NCBI GenBank assembly: GCA_022605425.2
Contig: JAKIMF020000005.1
Location: 372,001 to 436,000 of the forward strand
Length of the DNA stretch: 64,000 nucleotides
Direction: 5' to 3'
From: Hamiltosporidium tvaerminnensis FI-OER-3-3
Lineage: Eukaryota; Fungi; Microsporidia
Below, in pieces: positions 51,043 to 62,971 of this stretch. Under the pieces are notes generated by a model. It worked only from the letters and a program-made list of their open reading frames with translations. It was not told where the DNA came from and did not search any database. Within the stretch, counting starts at the first letter, position 1. Every line of letters starts with the position of its first letter. Both the position numbers and the translations under genes were made by a program.

Positions 51043-52369
51043 TAGCTAAAGTTATTTATTAGTAAACATTCAGTAAAAAATTAGATAATCTTTAAAATAA
51101 AAATATAAAAATACTCGAAAATGCCTGAAAAGAAATAAACCATAGAATTAAAATTGAAGGTTTTTAATTCAAAAGTTTGCCAATCTCTTGTAATCATATT
51201 TAAAATGCAAATAAAAAAGATAAAAAATTTGTAACCATAACTATTTATATGATTAAAATTAAATTGAAAGTTTTCATAATTATCATGTTTTTTTCGACCA
51301 AAAAACCCGTAGAAGTTTCAAAACAAAAATGAAGAAATAATTTCTTACAAAATTTAAATCCAAGTAATCAGGGAACCAAAAATATACTTTAGAAAAATAT
51401 TTCTACGCATTTCTGCTAAATAATTTTAGAAAATAGTAAAATTTTTATACAGTTATACGTTTTGTTTTATTTATGTTGTGGTTAAACTTTATTGAATGTA
51501 AGCGCCTTAAATTTTATGATATAATCGTATCAATTATGTATATTTTATGTATGATCGTTTAAGTCATAAAAATCATTATTTAATAAAACTTTCTTATAAT
51601 TATTTCTTCATCTTTGTATTTATTGAGTTTATTTATATCTTAACTTAATTTGCACAAATCAGTATATTTTATTATAAACTATCGTGTCGTTAGTATGGAT
51701 TATTAAAGCAACAAAAAAATTAAGAGAAATAGACGATTGTAAAGTAATACTATGTTTTCTTCATATAGTATAAAAAATATAATTAATAATATAAGCCAAA
51801 GTAGATTTTCAAATAAAAATTTTACTTCTCTCAGGTTTATCTTACCTTGATATTATTTTTTTTTATTTTTTTCTAAAATCTTATTCTTAGATTTTCGGAA
51901 TATTTTATAATTTTCTAGCTTTTTATTCGAAGAACTTATTTAAACAATTATTTATAGAGCTTGAAAAAAGAATCATCTAAGTTTTATTTCATTGATTTTT
52001 TTAAAGTTTAGGTAGCTTCTTTGCTCATCATATTGTTCCCTCTAGTAATTTAGAGAATAGAAAGTGGAAGAAAACATTGGCTTCTGATAAATTTATTTAG
52101 AAAGAACTCGTACTTTTTGTTGTAGTTCCTTTTCAAAATAATATTTTATCCAAATAAATATTCTCGAAAAGCTTTAAGAAATGTTATTGTTTTTAGTGCA
52201 AAATCTTGAGACATCTGTCACGAGAAGAAGCTCAAATTTAATGTAATTTTGATTTTAATCTTATATTTCGCCTATGATTTTAATTAATATTTGAAAAAAT
52301 ATGTGAGAATTATGACGAAAAATTAGAAAGAAATAGTAAAAAGTAATACACAAATCTATTTATTGAGCT

Positions 52370-52690
52370 TTATGCATATAGAATTAGTTCTGCTCGACTA
52401 AAATTTGCTTTTGTTGCATTTCCAGCTCCGCCTTCGCTTGAAATTCCTCCAATTCCTCCAATTCCACCTATAACCGGATTTGCTGCGCCCGTAGCATTAC
52501 CCTCGGCTGAAGTACTGTTGCTCGATGTAGCGTTATCACCCGTAGTACTATTAGTTCCCGAAGCAGCGTCTTTTTCAGATGTCTTTGATTCACTAGAAGA
52601 ACTTTTATCACTGCTCTTGTCTGGAGTAGCAAAAACAATATTTATAACACATAAGAATATGAATAGAAAAACGCGACAAATTTTCTGCAT
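52370..52690 (-). CDS. Small secreted Ser/Gly/Thr-rich protein with C-terminal ANFSRAELILYA motif
   Basis: Signal peptide MQKICRVFLFIFLCVINIVFA; paralogue of 42974..43243. Confidence 0.88.
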   Translation of the reverse strand: MQKICRVFLFIFLCVINIVFATPDKSSDKSSSSESKTSEKDAASGTNSTTGDNATSSNSTSAEGNATGAANPVIGGIGGIGGISSEGGAGNATKANFSRAELILYA

Positions 52691-52712
52691 AACTTCTATT
52701 CTGCATACATAA

Positions 52713-52912
52713 TTATACTTTATTTTTTTTTTGAAAAAACGTATAATGTTTTTTAGCTCCTTTATTTTCCCTTAAAATTATAAAATGAATGAATTGATAA
52801 TTCCATTTCATATCAATATTTTTCTTATCTAGCCAATTAGACTTTTGAATACCGTTATTTTGTAATGTTTTCTTTACAAAACCTTCCAAATATTTTTCTT
52901 CGTGTCCAATAA
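52713..52912 (-). promoter_or_regulatory. Shared promoter of secreted RAEL-motif gene 3
   Basis: TATAA at -27..-23, imperfect palindrome AAAAAACGT-ATA-ATGTTTTTT 52734-54, AAGGAG at -72..-67, CCAAT at 52833 and 52906. Confidence 0.7.
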
Positions 52913-54689
52913 AGAAAATTCAGGATTTATTTGTTTATAAAAAATCTCATTTATTCTTTAAAAAATACAATAATTTTTTATAGTGTTTGGTATATCATAT
53001 TATAGTACACACGACCAGATATGATTAAATAATACCTTTTTTAGAAAATAAATTATTGAATTAAGTTTATTGAAAATTTTTAAAGGATTATCATATTTTA
53101 ATCTTATACAATCCTACTATTTATTTTAAATTCTATTATTATGACAAATACTACTATTTATAGCTAAAAAACCAAAGTTTTAAATTTGAAATCGCTTCCA
53201 TTATTAAAATTAAGTACTTCTAACCACTTTCTTTATGGTATATAGTGATAAAAAATATAATTTTAAATCCTGAATTTAAAAACAAGATAGCTAAATACTC
53301 TAAAAAGTATATTGACCCATATCTTATGAAAAATTCATCGCATTTGCCTGAAGAGTCGAATGATTAGGTTTATTTAAAAAAGTTGTGGATAAAAAAACCG
53401 AAATCAAAGTATCGACTCAAAATACAGAACAGAACTCAAATATAAATATACCAAATAAATAGGAAAAGAGAGGAGGTATAATAAACCAAGCAAAAACACA
53501 GAGTAAACTAATAAAACATTAAAAAAATTGTTTTTTTTTATATTTCCAATTTAAAAATAAAACCAAGAAAATTATTAAATAAAATAAAAAACTGTGTACA
53601 AATAACAATTAAATGCTTTAAAATATAAATTGATTAAAATATTTCAATAAATATTTTTCTTTATACAGAAACGACTTTCTTATAATTAAAATATTAAAAG
53701 ATAATAATTTACTTAAATATTTAAAAATTATCTGCAAATAAATATAAAATAAACACTTAAAAATATGGACTTGTTCTAATATTATTTATATTTGAATTTA
53801 CACATTTTTTTTAGCGACACCATATTTTATATCTGTTTTATTGTCATTTATATTTAATTCTTCGTAATTCTGTAAAATCAACGCTTTAATTGGATGATTT
53901 AATTAACAAATATTTTGTCTAAAAGTTCCTTTTTAGATTCTAAATTTCTTGTATTTATCATTTTGAAAAGGGATTGGTTGTCATCTATTTATATATAGAA
54001 GAAATTACCTGCATAGTTATAATTTTTGATATTTGATTCAAAAGTTGTAAAAGAATATCTGAACGTTCAAAAAGAAAAAATAACAATTTTTATAATCTAT
54101 AATTTAACATATAAGCTTATATAAATGTATATTTCCCTTGTATAGAGCACGGTTTAGGATTTAATGTGATACTAATAAGCTTTTTATAAATTTTTTTAAC
54201 AAAAATATTTGTTCACAAACAGCTATAAATATGCCATACTTTATTTACTAAGAAAATATCTTTCATGGTATTTCATTTTAAAATATCTAAAAATTATTAA
54301 AAAAAAATTATTTTGACTATATTGTGTCTGCCATATCAAATCTACCTCTAAAGAATATATTTGAGAAAGATTGTAAAACCTTTGCTATTTCGAAGCCAAT
54401 TTTTAAACTTCAAAATTTTTGAATTAATTCTTAAGTTGTTTCGATTACTTAAAACTGCTATTTCGAAACCAATTTTTAAACTTAAAAATCTATGAATTAA
54501 TTCTTAAGTTGTTTCGATTACTTAAAAAATAATTTATTTAAATATTTTTTAATAATTTCAGTATAAAAAATTACTTTATCAAGTTCCTTACAATAAGTCT
54601 TCTTGCAGTATTTTATCAAGGTTGTTTATTAATTAAACTATGGAAGCTTGAATATTTCGCAGGGTTATATTTATTAATAGCTACTCTCT

Positions 54690-54927
54690 TTCGCACCATG
54701 TCGGGAGCAGAATTGGCTTGGTGTATTCTCTGCTTGTCGTAAGAGGCGACTAAAAGGGACTGATCCTTCATGTTGGGGTTGGGCGTAGGGCCAACAACCC
54801 ACCTTTTAAAACTAACTGTTACGAAACCCAATAAGTAAAAAAATCCACTGGAAAAAATACCGGTGACCGGTGTTACTAAGAGAGGCCAAGGCTCGCTCAA
54901 GGCTGTAGTGCCAAAGATGAATCAATG
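54690..54927 (+). mobile_element. RTE-derived short element (family B) with 14-bp TSD
   Basis: AATAGCTACTCTCT at 54676-89 and 54928-41; GCTTGTCGTAAGAGGCGACTAAAAGGG core; GAGGCCAAGGC..GGCTGTAGTGCC tail. Confidence 0.9.
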
Positions 54928-55516
54928 AATAGCTACTCTCTCCTAAAAAAATATTAAATTCTTTGTATATCCCACAATTTATTATTTCTTGCATATTTAA
55001 GTTAAATGTAACCCATTTTGAACACATTTAGATCTATGAACATATTATCATGCACTACTTTAGATAAAACTTTCAATCATTACATTAATATTCAAAATAG
55101 CATCTAGATTACTTGCATGTAAATATAAATTTCTTCTTTTAACTTCTTCAGAGAACAAAAAATTTAAAACATATTTGCAAAGAAATTCCATAAGAAAAAT
55201 TCAAAGGAAAAATTTTATAATTATTTCATAAATGAATATTTTGTTCTTTTATACTTAATTTATATCCTTTTTAAATTATTATTTACCAAAAAAAGAAATA
55301 TTAAGAATTAAATTACCGTTACTCAAATAATGTAAGCCACCAGATTTTATAAACAGAAATTTATTTAAGAATATAAAAAAATAAAATTTACTTAAAAATC
55401 AAGTAAAATTTATTAATTTAATTTGTTATCTTAAATATACCAAGGAATTATAAAAACTTAGAAAAAAAAATTAAATTATAAATTTTAACTTTTAAATTAT
55501 TAAAGATTAAACTATT

Positions 55517-56713
55517 TTAAGCCCATTCTGAAAAAATACAAGTCGCTAAAGCTTGTATAGCATAAAACCGTACATCATCATTCGGAGAACTTGTTAGTAG
55601 AAAAAGATCTTCTTTAAGTTTAAATTTACAAATCAAACTACATATTTCAGGGGCCACTTTAACAAAATGATAAATATCATTTGCTGAAATACAAATATAA
55701 TTGCTATTTTGTGATTTTAAATATCTTCTTAATGCTTTTACTATTTCTACTTTATTTTCTAAAAGTATTTTAATATTTGATTCCCAAAAAGAATCCGTAT
55801 AGTGATACGGGGCTTCTTCTAATTTCCCGCCAAAAAGTTCGTTAAAATAATTATTTATTGAAGATGAATTCTTCAAATAAAAGTTTAATTTCGAACGTGT
55901 AAATTCTAAATCACTAATAAATTCAGGATCGGTTTGTTTTTTTCCTAAAAATTTTTCTACCTCCTGAAGAATTTGGTGGGTTTTGTTTATTCCAAACGAA
56001 TATTCAAATTCCAAAAAGTTTCTAATTATTCCAAAACAAAGTCTTAAAATCTTTTCTTTACTTCGTTCTTTAATTATCAAAACAATATTCTCTATCAGAT
56101 TATACAAATCTAATATTTCAATACATTTTTTATTGAAAGAAAGAATCCAACAAATTCTTAAAACATAATATTGTGTCTCTCGTACTCTCAAAAATTTGAA
56201 TATTAAATCCATAAATCTTTCATCCGTACAGAAATATACTTTTACAACATTTCTGTCAAAAAGACCTTTTCCATCATCAGAAATACGTAATCCATGTTTT
56301 TTTATATACAAAATTTCAGCTAAAAAATAAAGAATTTGTTTCATTTCTTCATAAGATTTTCCTGATAACAAAATCTTTTTACAAAATTTCCAATAATTAT
56401 CTTCGGGCACATCATCTTCATAATACGAAGTAAGAATTTCACAGCTTTTAAAAACAATATATTTATCATTCATTTCAAGATACTGAAATAATAAATCTAC
56501 CATAGAAGAATTCATTAAAAAATATTTTGGTCTTGTACATAATAACCATCTAATTATACCGCAATCTTGTGTATTTAAAAGACTTTGAGATACTTTGTCA
56601 AGTTTTTTTTCTTCTTCTAGTTGAAGTCTTTCAGTTTCTGTAAAAGAATTTTCTAACAAATTGAAATCAGAACAACTCATTTTTATTTTGTTTTCTAGTT
56701 TTTCTAATAACAT
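55517..56713 (-). CDS. VMA13: V-type proton ATPase subunit H
   Basis: QYYVLRICWILSF, KEKILRL..NF, H..DSFWESN, ANDI..FVK, DVRFYA. Confidence 0.88.
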   Translation of the reverse strand: MLLEKLENKIKMSCSDFNLLENSFTETERLQLEEEKKLDKVSQSLLNTQDCGIIRWLLCTRPKYFLMNSSMVDLLFQYLEMNDKYIVFKSCEILTSYYEDDVPEDNYWKFCKKILLSGKSYEEMKQILYFLAEILYIKKHGLRISDDGKGLFDRNVVKVYFCTDERFMDLIFKFLRVRETQYYVLRICWILSFNKKCIEILDLYNLIENIVLIIKERSKEKILRLCFGIIRNFLEFEYSFGINKTHQILQEVEKFLGKKQTDPEFISDLEFTRSKLNFYLKNSSSINNYFNELFGGKLEEAPYHYTDSFWESNIKILLENKVEIVKALRRYLKSQNSNYICISANDIYHFVKVAPEICSLICKFKLKEDLFLLTSSPNDDVRFYAIQALATCIFSEWA

Positions 56714-58299
56714 ATTCTTAGGGTTATGGCTTTATTTTAAACAAATATTTTTTTAAAAAAAAATTCATAAAAAATATAAAAATTTTATTAAAGACACAAT
56801 GATAAACCGATAAGATAGTTTATTTAATAAATGGTTTGTAAGAAAATTATTACTGGTTTCTAGAATTTTAATAGTTACGTCATAGAGGTGATTATATTTA
56901 ACGGATACGGATTTCTAAAATCTTTTATTTAATAAATTGTAATTACAAGTCTTCGTTTTTGATAAAAAAAAAGGAAACAGAAACCACAATTTATTTGAAG
57001 ATTAATATTTATAAAACTAATTCAATTTATAGATATTCTCTGTATTAGAATTAAGAATAACTAGATATAAAACAATTATAAACAAATATATACTTTTTCG
57101 GTAGAATTCCGGATAAATTAGAAGTAATAAATAAATGTACACGCTATTGGAATCCTAAGAAGATATTTAAGATTTGAAACTGTAAAAAGTATCTTATATA
57201 CAGAATTAAAATATTAAATTTAATTTTTTTTATTTCTTAGATTAGAGATATGAAGATTATTTTTAAAAGAAAAAGAAAAATTAGATTTAAGGTATTTTTA
57301 ATAAATATTTAAACTAATTATAGAATTATTGTATAAAAGCAAAATTTTTAAATATTTTCTAATGAATTCTAAACATTTATTGAGTAGAATTCTCATAATA
57401 TTTATTTCTTTTTATTCTTCAAAAACTTCATATTTACTTTTTTTATTTTTTTTACGTTTTTTTTTTAAATTGATAAACTCTTATGAAACGTTTAACATAT
57501 TTTAACATAAAAAACCGTTATTATGATTACTTCTTTGTGCTTCTACTGTAAATATGCTTTTATAGTCGCCTTGTATTTTAGATAATCCTTTATAAAGATC
57601 AATTTACCAGTGATATCGTTTTAAATGTAAAATTATATTTTGTTTACAGACTTATTAGTCTGTGATTGTTTTTTAAAATAAATAAAACATTTTAGCCTCA
57701 GGTTTGTCTATAATTAGATTTTTTAAAATAATTTTCTATGTAATTTGTTAAATATATGTTCGTTTACTTTTATTATTATAAGCTTATTCATAATACAAAA
57801 AATTAAATGAGAGATTTTGAAATTTGAGAACAATCTATAATATATTTTTTAAACTATATGGTTACTGATAATATTGACATATTTTTTTTGCTGTATTTTA
57901 TATTTTGACTTACATTAAGCAAGTTATATTGGTTAAATTTCTTCCGCTTTTTAGAAATATTCGGATTGCCTACTGAAACATGTTGCACTTCAAAGAAGTC
58001 GAAGATTTTTCGGTGTTTTCTCTATTAAGGTTAAAATATTTAAAGAATACAAATTGAAACTCTTGTAAATTTCTGAAATGCTAAAAAAAAATCATTTCGC
58101 GAAATTTTATATTAATCATCTTATTCACCTCTGGAAACACACAAATCTTTCAATAACTACTATATTTGAAACTGACAGAAAAAATAAAATGTGAAAGAAC
58201 AAGGTAATAGGAAAAAAATCTATAGGGGTTTTAAGTTTATACAGGAATGAGATTATGGATCTCATAGAGAAGCCAAAGTTAATCTTTCAGCAAGATACG

Positions 58300-58900
58300 G
58301 TATTTAAGGATGAGGCTTTATATAAATCATAAATATACCTCTAAATTTTACAGGTTTTACACTTTTGCAATTGATCACAATGGTCTAACAGGTAAACGCC
58401 AATATATAGCTTCAAATACCAAAATATTTTAAAATAATTGATAGAAAGCTATCTAAATCCTTTAATTGTATTCTAAAAATACATGAATCACCAAATAAAT
58501 CAGTCGTAAAACCGCTATTAATCAAAAAACTCAATTCAAAACATAAATTCGATTTAATTGGCATTCAGTTACAAAGCCATAATCAAATAAATTTATTCAA
58601 ATAAAAAACATCATTTTGCTAAATATATTTAATTCGATTACTTAAAAGCCAAAATTGACGTGAAGTAGCTTACGTAGTTTAAAATGGGCTTGTCATTTTT
58701 AATGTGCTCACTTTTTTGTAACATAATACTGACAGAGGATATACTAAAATAGTAAAATTCATATAAAATAATTTCTAAAGGTGTGATTTAGGTAAACCAC
58801 TCACCTTCAATTCAAGATTCCAAACGTAATAATCAAAAGCTGAAATTTTTTTGTATCTGCAGAAAAAATAGCTCTTCTTAGCTCCAAATACTTTATCATA
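58300..58900 (+). mobile_element. Highly degenerate Ginger/Gypsy-like integrase relic
   Basis: Fragments resembling DL.., HFAKY, RLLKS, EVAY in integrase order; many frameshifts. Confidence 0.35.
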
Positions 58901-59948
58901 TATAATTAACAGTTTAAAAAACTTTAAAGTTTCTATTCAAAAACCTTTTTCTAAATATAAACTGGAAAAGACTTAGCCGTAATATTAAAGATAAAATAAT
59001 CTGCAAACTCTATAAGAATCGAAATTTTAAATAAAAACAGTCAAAATAGATATTTCTAAATATAAATGAAGAAGTATATTATTGTAAAGTTATCTTTAAA
59101 TGAACTTCACTGATTAACCAAATTCTGATTTACATAGCAAGGATATAAAGAAAGCGAAGAATTGTACAAACTACCTTCTTTGATTAGTAAAAAAGAGCAA
59201 ATAAAATTAATGATATGGTATCAGCAGACTAAGTTCGAAAATAGAAGATTTTTTATTCAAAATTAGGTAATAGTCAGCATTAAAGTTAAACAAAAAGCCT
59301 AAACAGTATGGTCTAATATCTAATTCAAAATACGGTGTCACTAAGTATTAATATATTCTATGTATTAAATCCTAACTGTATTAGCACAAGTCGTCCGATT
59401 CAAGAAATATTATGACATTTTTGTATGAAAAAAGATGCTAATGTTATAAATTAGGCACGAATAAATAAATAAAAAGGCTTTATAGTAGCAAGGAATTTCC
59501 AAAACGAGTTAGAATTTTATTTTTGCAAAAAGATATGCCTCGGCTCGATTTGTAACCGATGCAATGAGAAATAAAGTCATATAAACCAGTATCTAGGAAT
59601 TTTCACAAGGCAAACGTCAACTTAGATGCACATCGGAAAATACAAATACATTGATCAAACGCTATGTAATTCTAAAATTTTCCAAAAAAAAACAGCTGCT
59701 CAGGCAAAACAAAACCGTTAGTTTGAAGTCGTGTAAGTGTGTAAATATAAATATACATTTTTTATTGGTTAGTGCAAATATTTTTAATACTTTTTTTCAC
59801 ATTAATATTATATTCTCTTATATGTGCATGCAACAAAATACAAATAAGAAATTTTTTAAAGACTCAAATATTTTAATTCCAATATCATATACAAATAAAA
59901 TATCTGGCCGGAAATTAAAAAATATGGGTATTACATAAATTAAAAAAC

Positions 59949-61138
59949 GGGTTTGCTTTCAATGAAGGCTAGAGATAAGAACAAAAAATTTTTATTTTTA
60001 CTTCTTTTTTGTAAATTTAATTTTTATTTAATAAAATCATGTAAAATAATATCGACTTTATTGAATAAAAAGTTTCAATAATCTTAAAAACAGTGTACTC
60101 CGTGCCTTAAATCGATGATTCTTAAAAAAAAATATTCTTTAATATTATCATTCAATTTAAGCCTTTTGTCACAATTATGTTTAGTTTTTAACCTTTTAAA
60201 TGTCGACCATAAATTTTCGATTGTATTAGTATTAATACCTGATTCTGATACAAAATATGTTGAATGGTTCACACTATTATAAGAAAAATTTTTCTTCTTT
60301 CAAAATATTGATAGGCATGAACAGTGTTCATTTAATATACTCTACTTCGTGAAGAGATAGAATTGCATACAGCATTTTTGAAACTACTCAACGTTCTATT
60401 TGGAATAATTTATATATCGAACCTCTTTGTCGTTCTCGAAATAGCTCCGCAGACTCATTGTTGGCTAATGAGAAGACCTCTATATTACTTTATTCTGCCT
60501 ATAACTGTTTCATCTGCTTCAACTATTTCACCGGGCCAACCAATTTTTTAAAATGAATACAAGCAATCATTTTATATTAGCAATCACAAGTCTTTAATAA
60601 AGTCTACTATAGTTGTATCTGAAAAAACATGAATTCTTTGATGACATCATATGGTAGTTCAAATATAAATCACCAAATGATATAAATTACACCATGGATT
60701 CCAATTTTTAAATTTTCGATTGCACTGAAGCAATATTCAGTATATTTCTTATCACAAAACGTACAGCAAAAACAAACCTTTCCAAAATAAAGAAGTAAGC
60801 TGTTTGGAGTTCAATTTTAAATAAAACATGATCTAACCAAATCGTGTTGTTCTAATAAAAAAAATTCTCCTCAAAGTCACTGTCATTTCTTATTTGCAGT
60901 TTAGAGATTTTGATAAATAGTTCTCCAATGTTAACAACTATCATACAAACAGAAAATTTAGTTACTTTTAAGCGAGAAATTATCAATGCGAAATCTAAAT
61001 ATTTATTAAGGTCGTAAATATTTTGTAATTTTTAATTTTTTTTTATTGTAAATTGACAAAAAAAGAGGTAAAACTTTTAAAATTTTTAAAGCCTAAAAAA
61101 GTTTTATTTTTACTCTGGCTTTCATCGAAAGTCCAACC
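59949..61138 (-). mobile_element. Merlin (IS1595/ISXO2-like) DNA transposon with decayed transposase
   Basis: IGWPGEIVEADETVIG and NHSTYFVSESGINTNTIENLWSTFKR motifs; imperfect TIRs starting GG; 8-bp TSD TAAAAAAC/TAAAAACC. Confidence 0.88.
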
Positions 61139-61363
61139 TAAAAACCTAATAAAAGATTTGTAGTAGCAAAACAATTAAAAAATTAACAAATAATTTATTC
61201 TTTCTAGTCACTTCTATAAATATACTTAGAAGGTATTAGTGAGCTTGATAGGTAAAAAAACATAAATTTTAGTGCAATAAAAAAGATAAAGATTAATCGA
61301 AATCCTTAACTTGAATAGAAATTACAATTATTGATTAACTATATACAAGTAAATAATTAAAAC

Positions 61364-62971
61364 TTATTTAATTAGACTTCCATCGATCGGTTCAAAAAGA
61401 GGAATGATTTTAGTTCCCCCTAGTGTACACTTACTAATTACTTCGAATTTTTCAGGAAATATCTCCGTATTTTCAACTTCAATCATTTTAAATATCTTTT
61501 TTGTAATAGAAGGCATGAAAGGTTCACATATATGTCCCAAAAGAACAACAAGAGAGACACCGACACTGAAAACAGTTTTTCTTCTTTCCTTATCATTTAT
61601 ATTATCTTGTAAATATTTATTTCCGGCATTTGAAATTTCCATAAATATTTTTAGTCCATTTTTTAATTCAATACGTTCCATTGCAGATAAATATTGTGAA
61701 TACGAATCATTAATTTGAGAAATAAAAAGTTTATCTTCCTCATTTAAATTAAATTCAATATTTCTTTTCATTTTTTCTTCAAAGAATTTTAGAGATCGAT
61801 TACAAAAATTACCAAAATTATTTATCAAATCACTTTTTACGGTTTGAATAAAATCTTCAACTGAAAAATTCGTGTCTTTATTTTCTGGTCTAATCTTGAT
61901 CAAGTAAAATCTCCAAATACTTGCAGGTCCTTTCGTATCATTTAAAAGATCTGATCCAAAAATACCAACATTTCTACTTTTAGAAAATTTATCGTTTTCA
62001 TACATCAAATACTCTGTACTGTTAATTGTACTAACAATAGGATATTTGTTTTTGGTGGCAAGAAGCATTCCAGGAAAAATTATAGAATGAAACGGAACAT
62101 TATCTTTTCCCATGAATTGGTACCAAACACAATCATCCACAAATGAGTCATATTCTTCCTTAAGACACTTTTTTGTAAAGGTTAAATATCCTATAGGTGC
62201 ATCAAACCAGACATATAAAACTTTATCTTCGAATCCTTCAACTGGAACACCAACTCCCCATCTATACTTCAAATCTCTGGTCATACTTCTAGAATGTAGA
62301 TCAAGGTTAATCCAATGATTAGCAATAGCCTTGGCATTGTCAGACCAACTTTCACTTTTTTCTTCAATAAATTTTTTTATTTGAGGTTTTAAGAGATCTA
62401 ATCGCAAATATAAATGCTTAGTCTTACGAATTACCGGTTCCTCCTTACAAATTGAGCATTTTGGTAATTTTAATTCCAAAGCTTTCACGAGATAACCACA
62501 ATCATCACATTGGTCACCTCTAGCACGTTCAGAAGAGCAAGATGGACAAGTTCCTAGTAAATATCTGTCAGCTAAAAAAAGTTCACATTTCAGACAAAAA
62601 TACTGTTCACTAGTTTTTTCTTCGAAATAATTTTCACGATAAATTTCTTTGAATATTTTTTGCGTAAAAATTACATGATCATCATCGGTTGTTCGTCCAA
62701 AATGATCAAAATGAATTTCAAACCAATCATAAATATTTTTATGAATTACAGAATTTTTATCGACTATTTCTTTCGGATGTAAATTTTGTTCGATTGCTGT
62801 CATTTCTGTAGCTGTACCATATTCATCAGTACCACAAATATGAATCGCTTTTTGTCCTCTTTTTTTACAAAATCTTGTATACACATCAGCACTCAAAACA
62901 CACCCTACTATATTTCCTAAATGCGGTAGGTTATTAACATATGGAAGAGCAGAAGTAATTAATTTCTTCAT
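61364..62971 (-). CDS. MES1: Methionyl-tRNA synthetase
   Basis: ITSALPYVNNLPHLGN, GTDEYGT, zinc knuckles, YVWFDAPIGY, GKDNVPFH, KFSKS. Confidence 0.97.
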   Translation of the reverse strand: MKKLITSALPYVNNLPHLGNIVGCVLSADVYTRFCKKRGQKAIHICGTDEYGTATEMTAIEQNLHPKEIVDKNSVIHKNIYDWFEIHFDHFGRTTDDDHVIFTQKIFKEIYRENYFEEKTSEQYFCLKCELFLADRYLLGTCPSCSSERARGDQCDDCGYLVKALELKLPKCSICKEEPVIRKTKHLYLRLDLLKPQIKKFIEEKSESWSDNAKAIANHWINLDLHSRSMTRDLKYRWGVGVPVEGFEDKVLYVWFDAPIGYLTFTKKCLKEEYDSFVDDCVWYQFMGKDNVPFHSIIFPGMLLATKNKYPIVSTINSTEYLMYENDKFSKSRNVGIFGSDLLNDTKGPASIWRFYLIKIRPENKDTNFSVEDFIQTVKSDLINNFGNFCNRSLKFFEEKMKRNIEFNLNEEDKLFISQINDSYSQYLSAMERIELKNGLKIFMEISNAGNKYLQDNINDKERRKTVFSVGVSLVVLLGHICEPFMPSITKKIFKMIEVENTEIFPEKFEVISKCTLGGTKIIPLFEPIDGSLIK

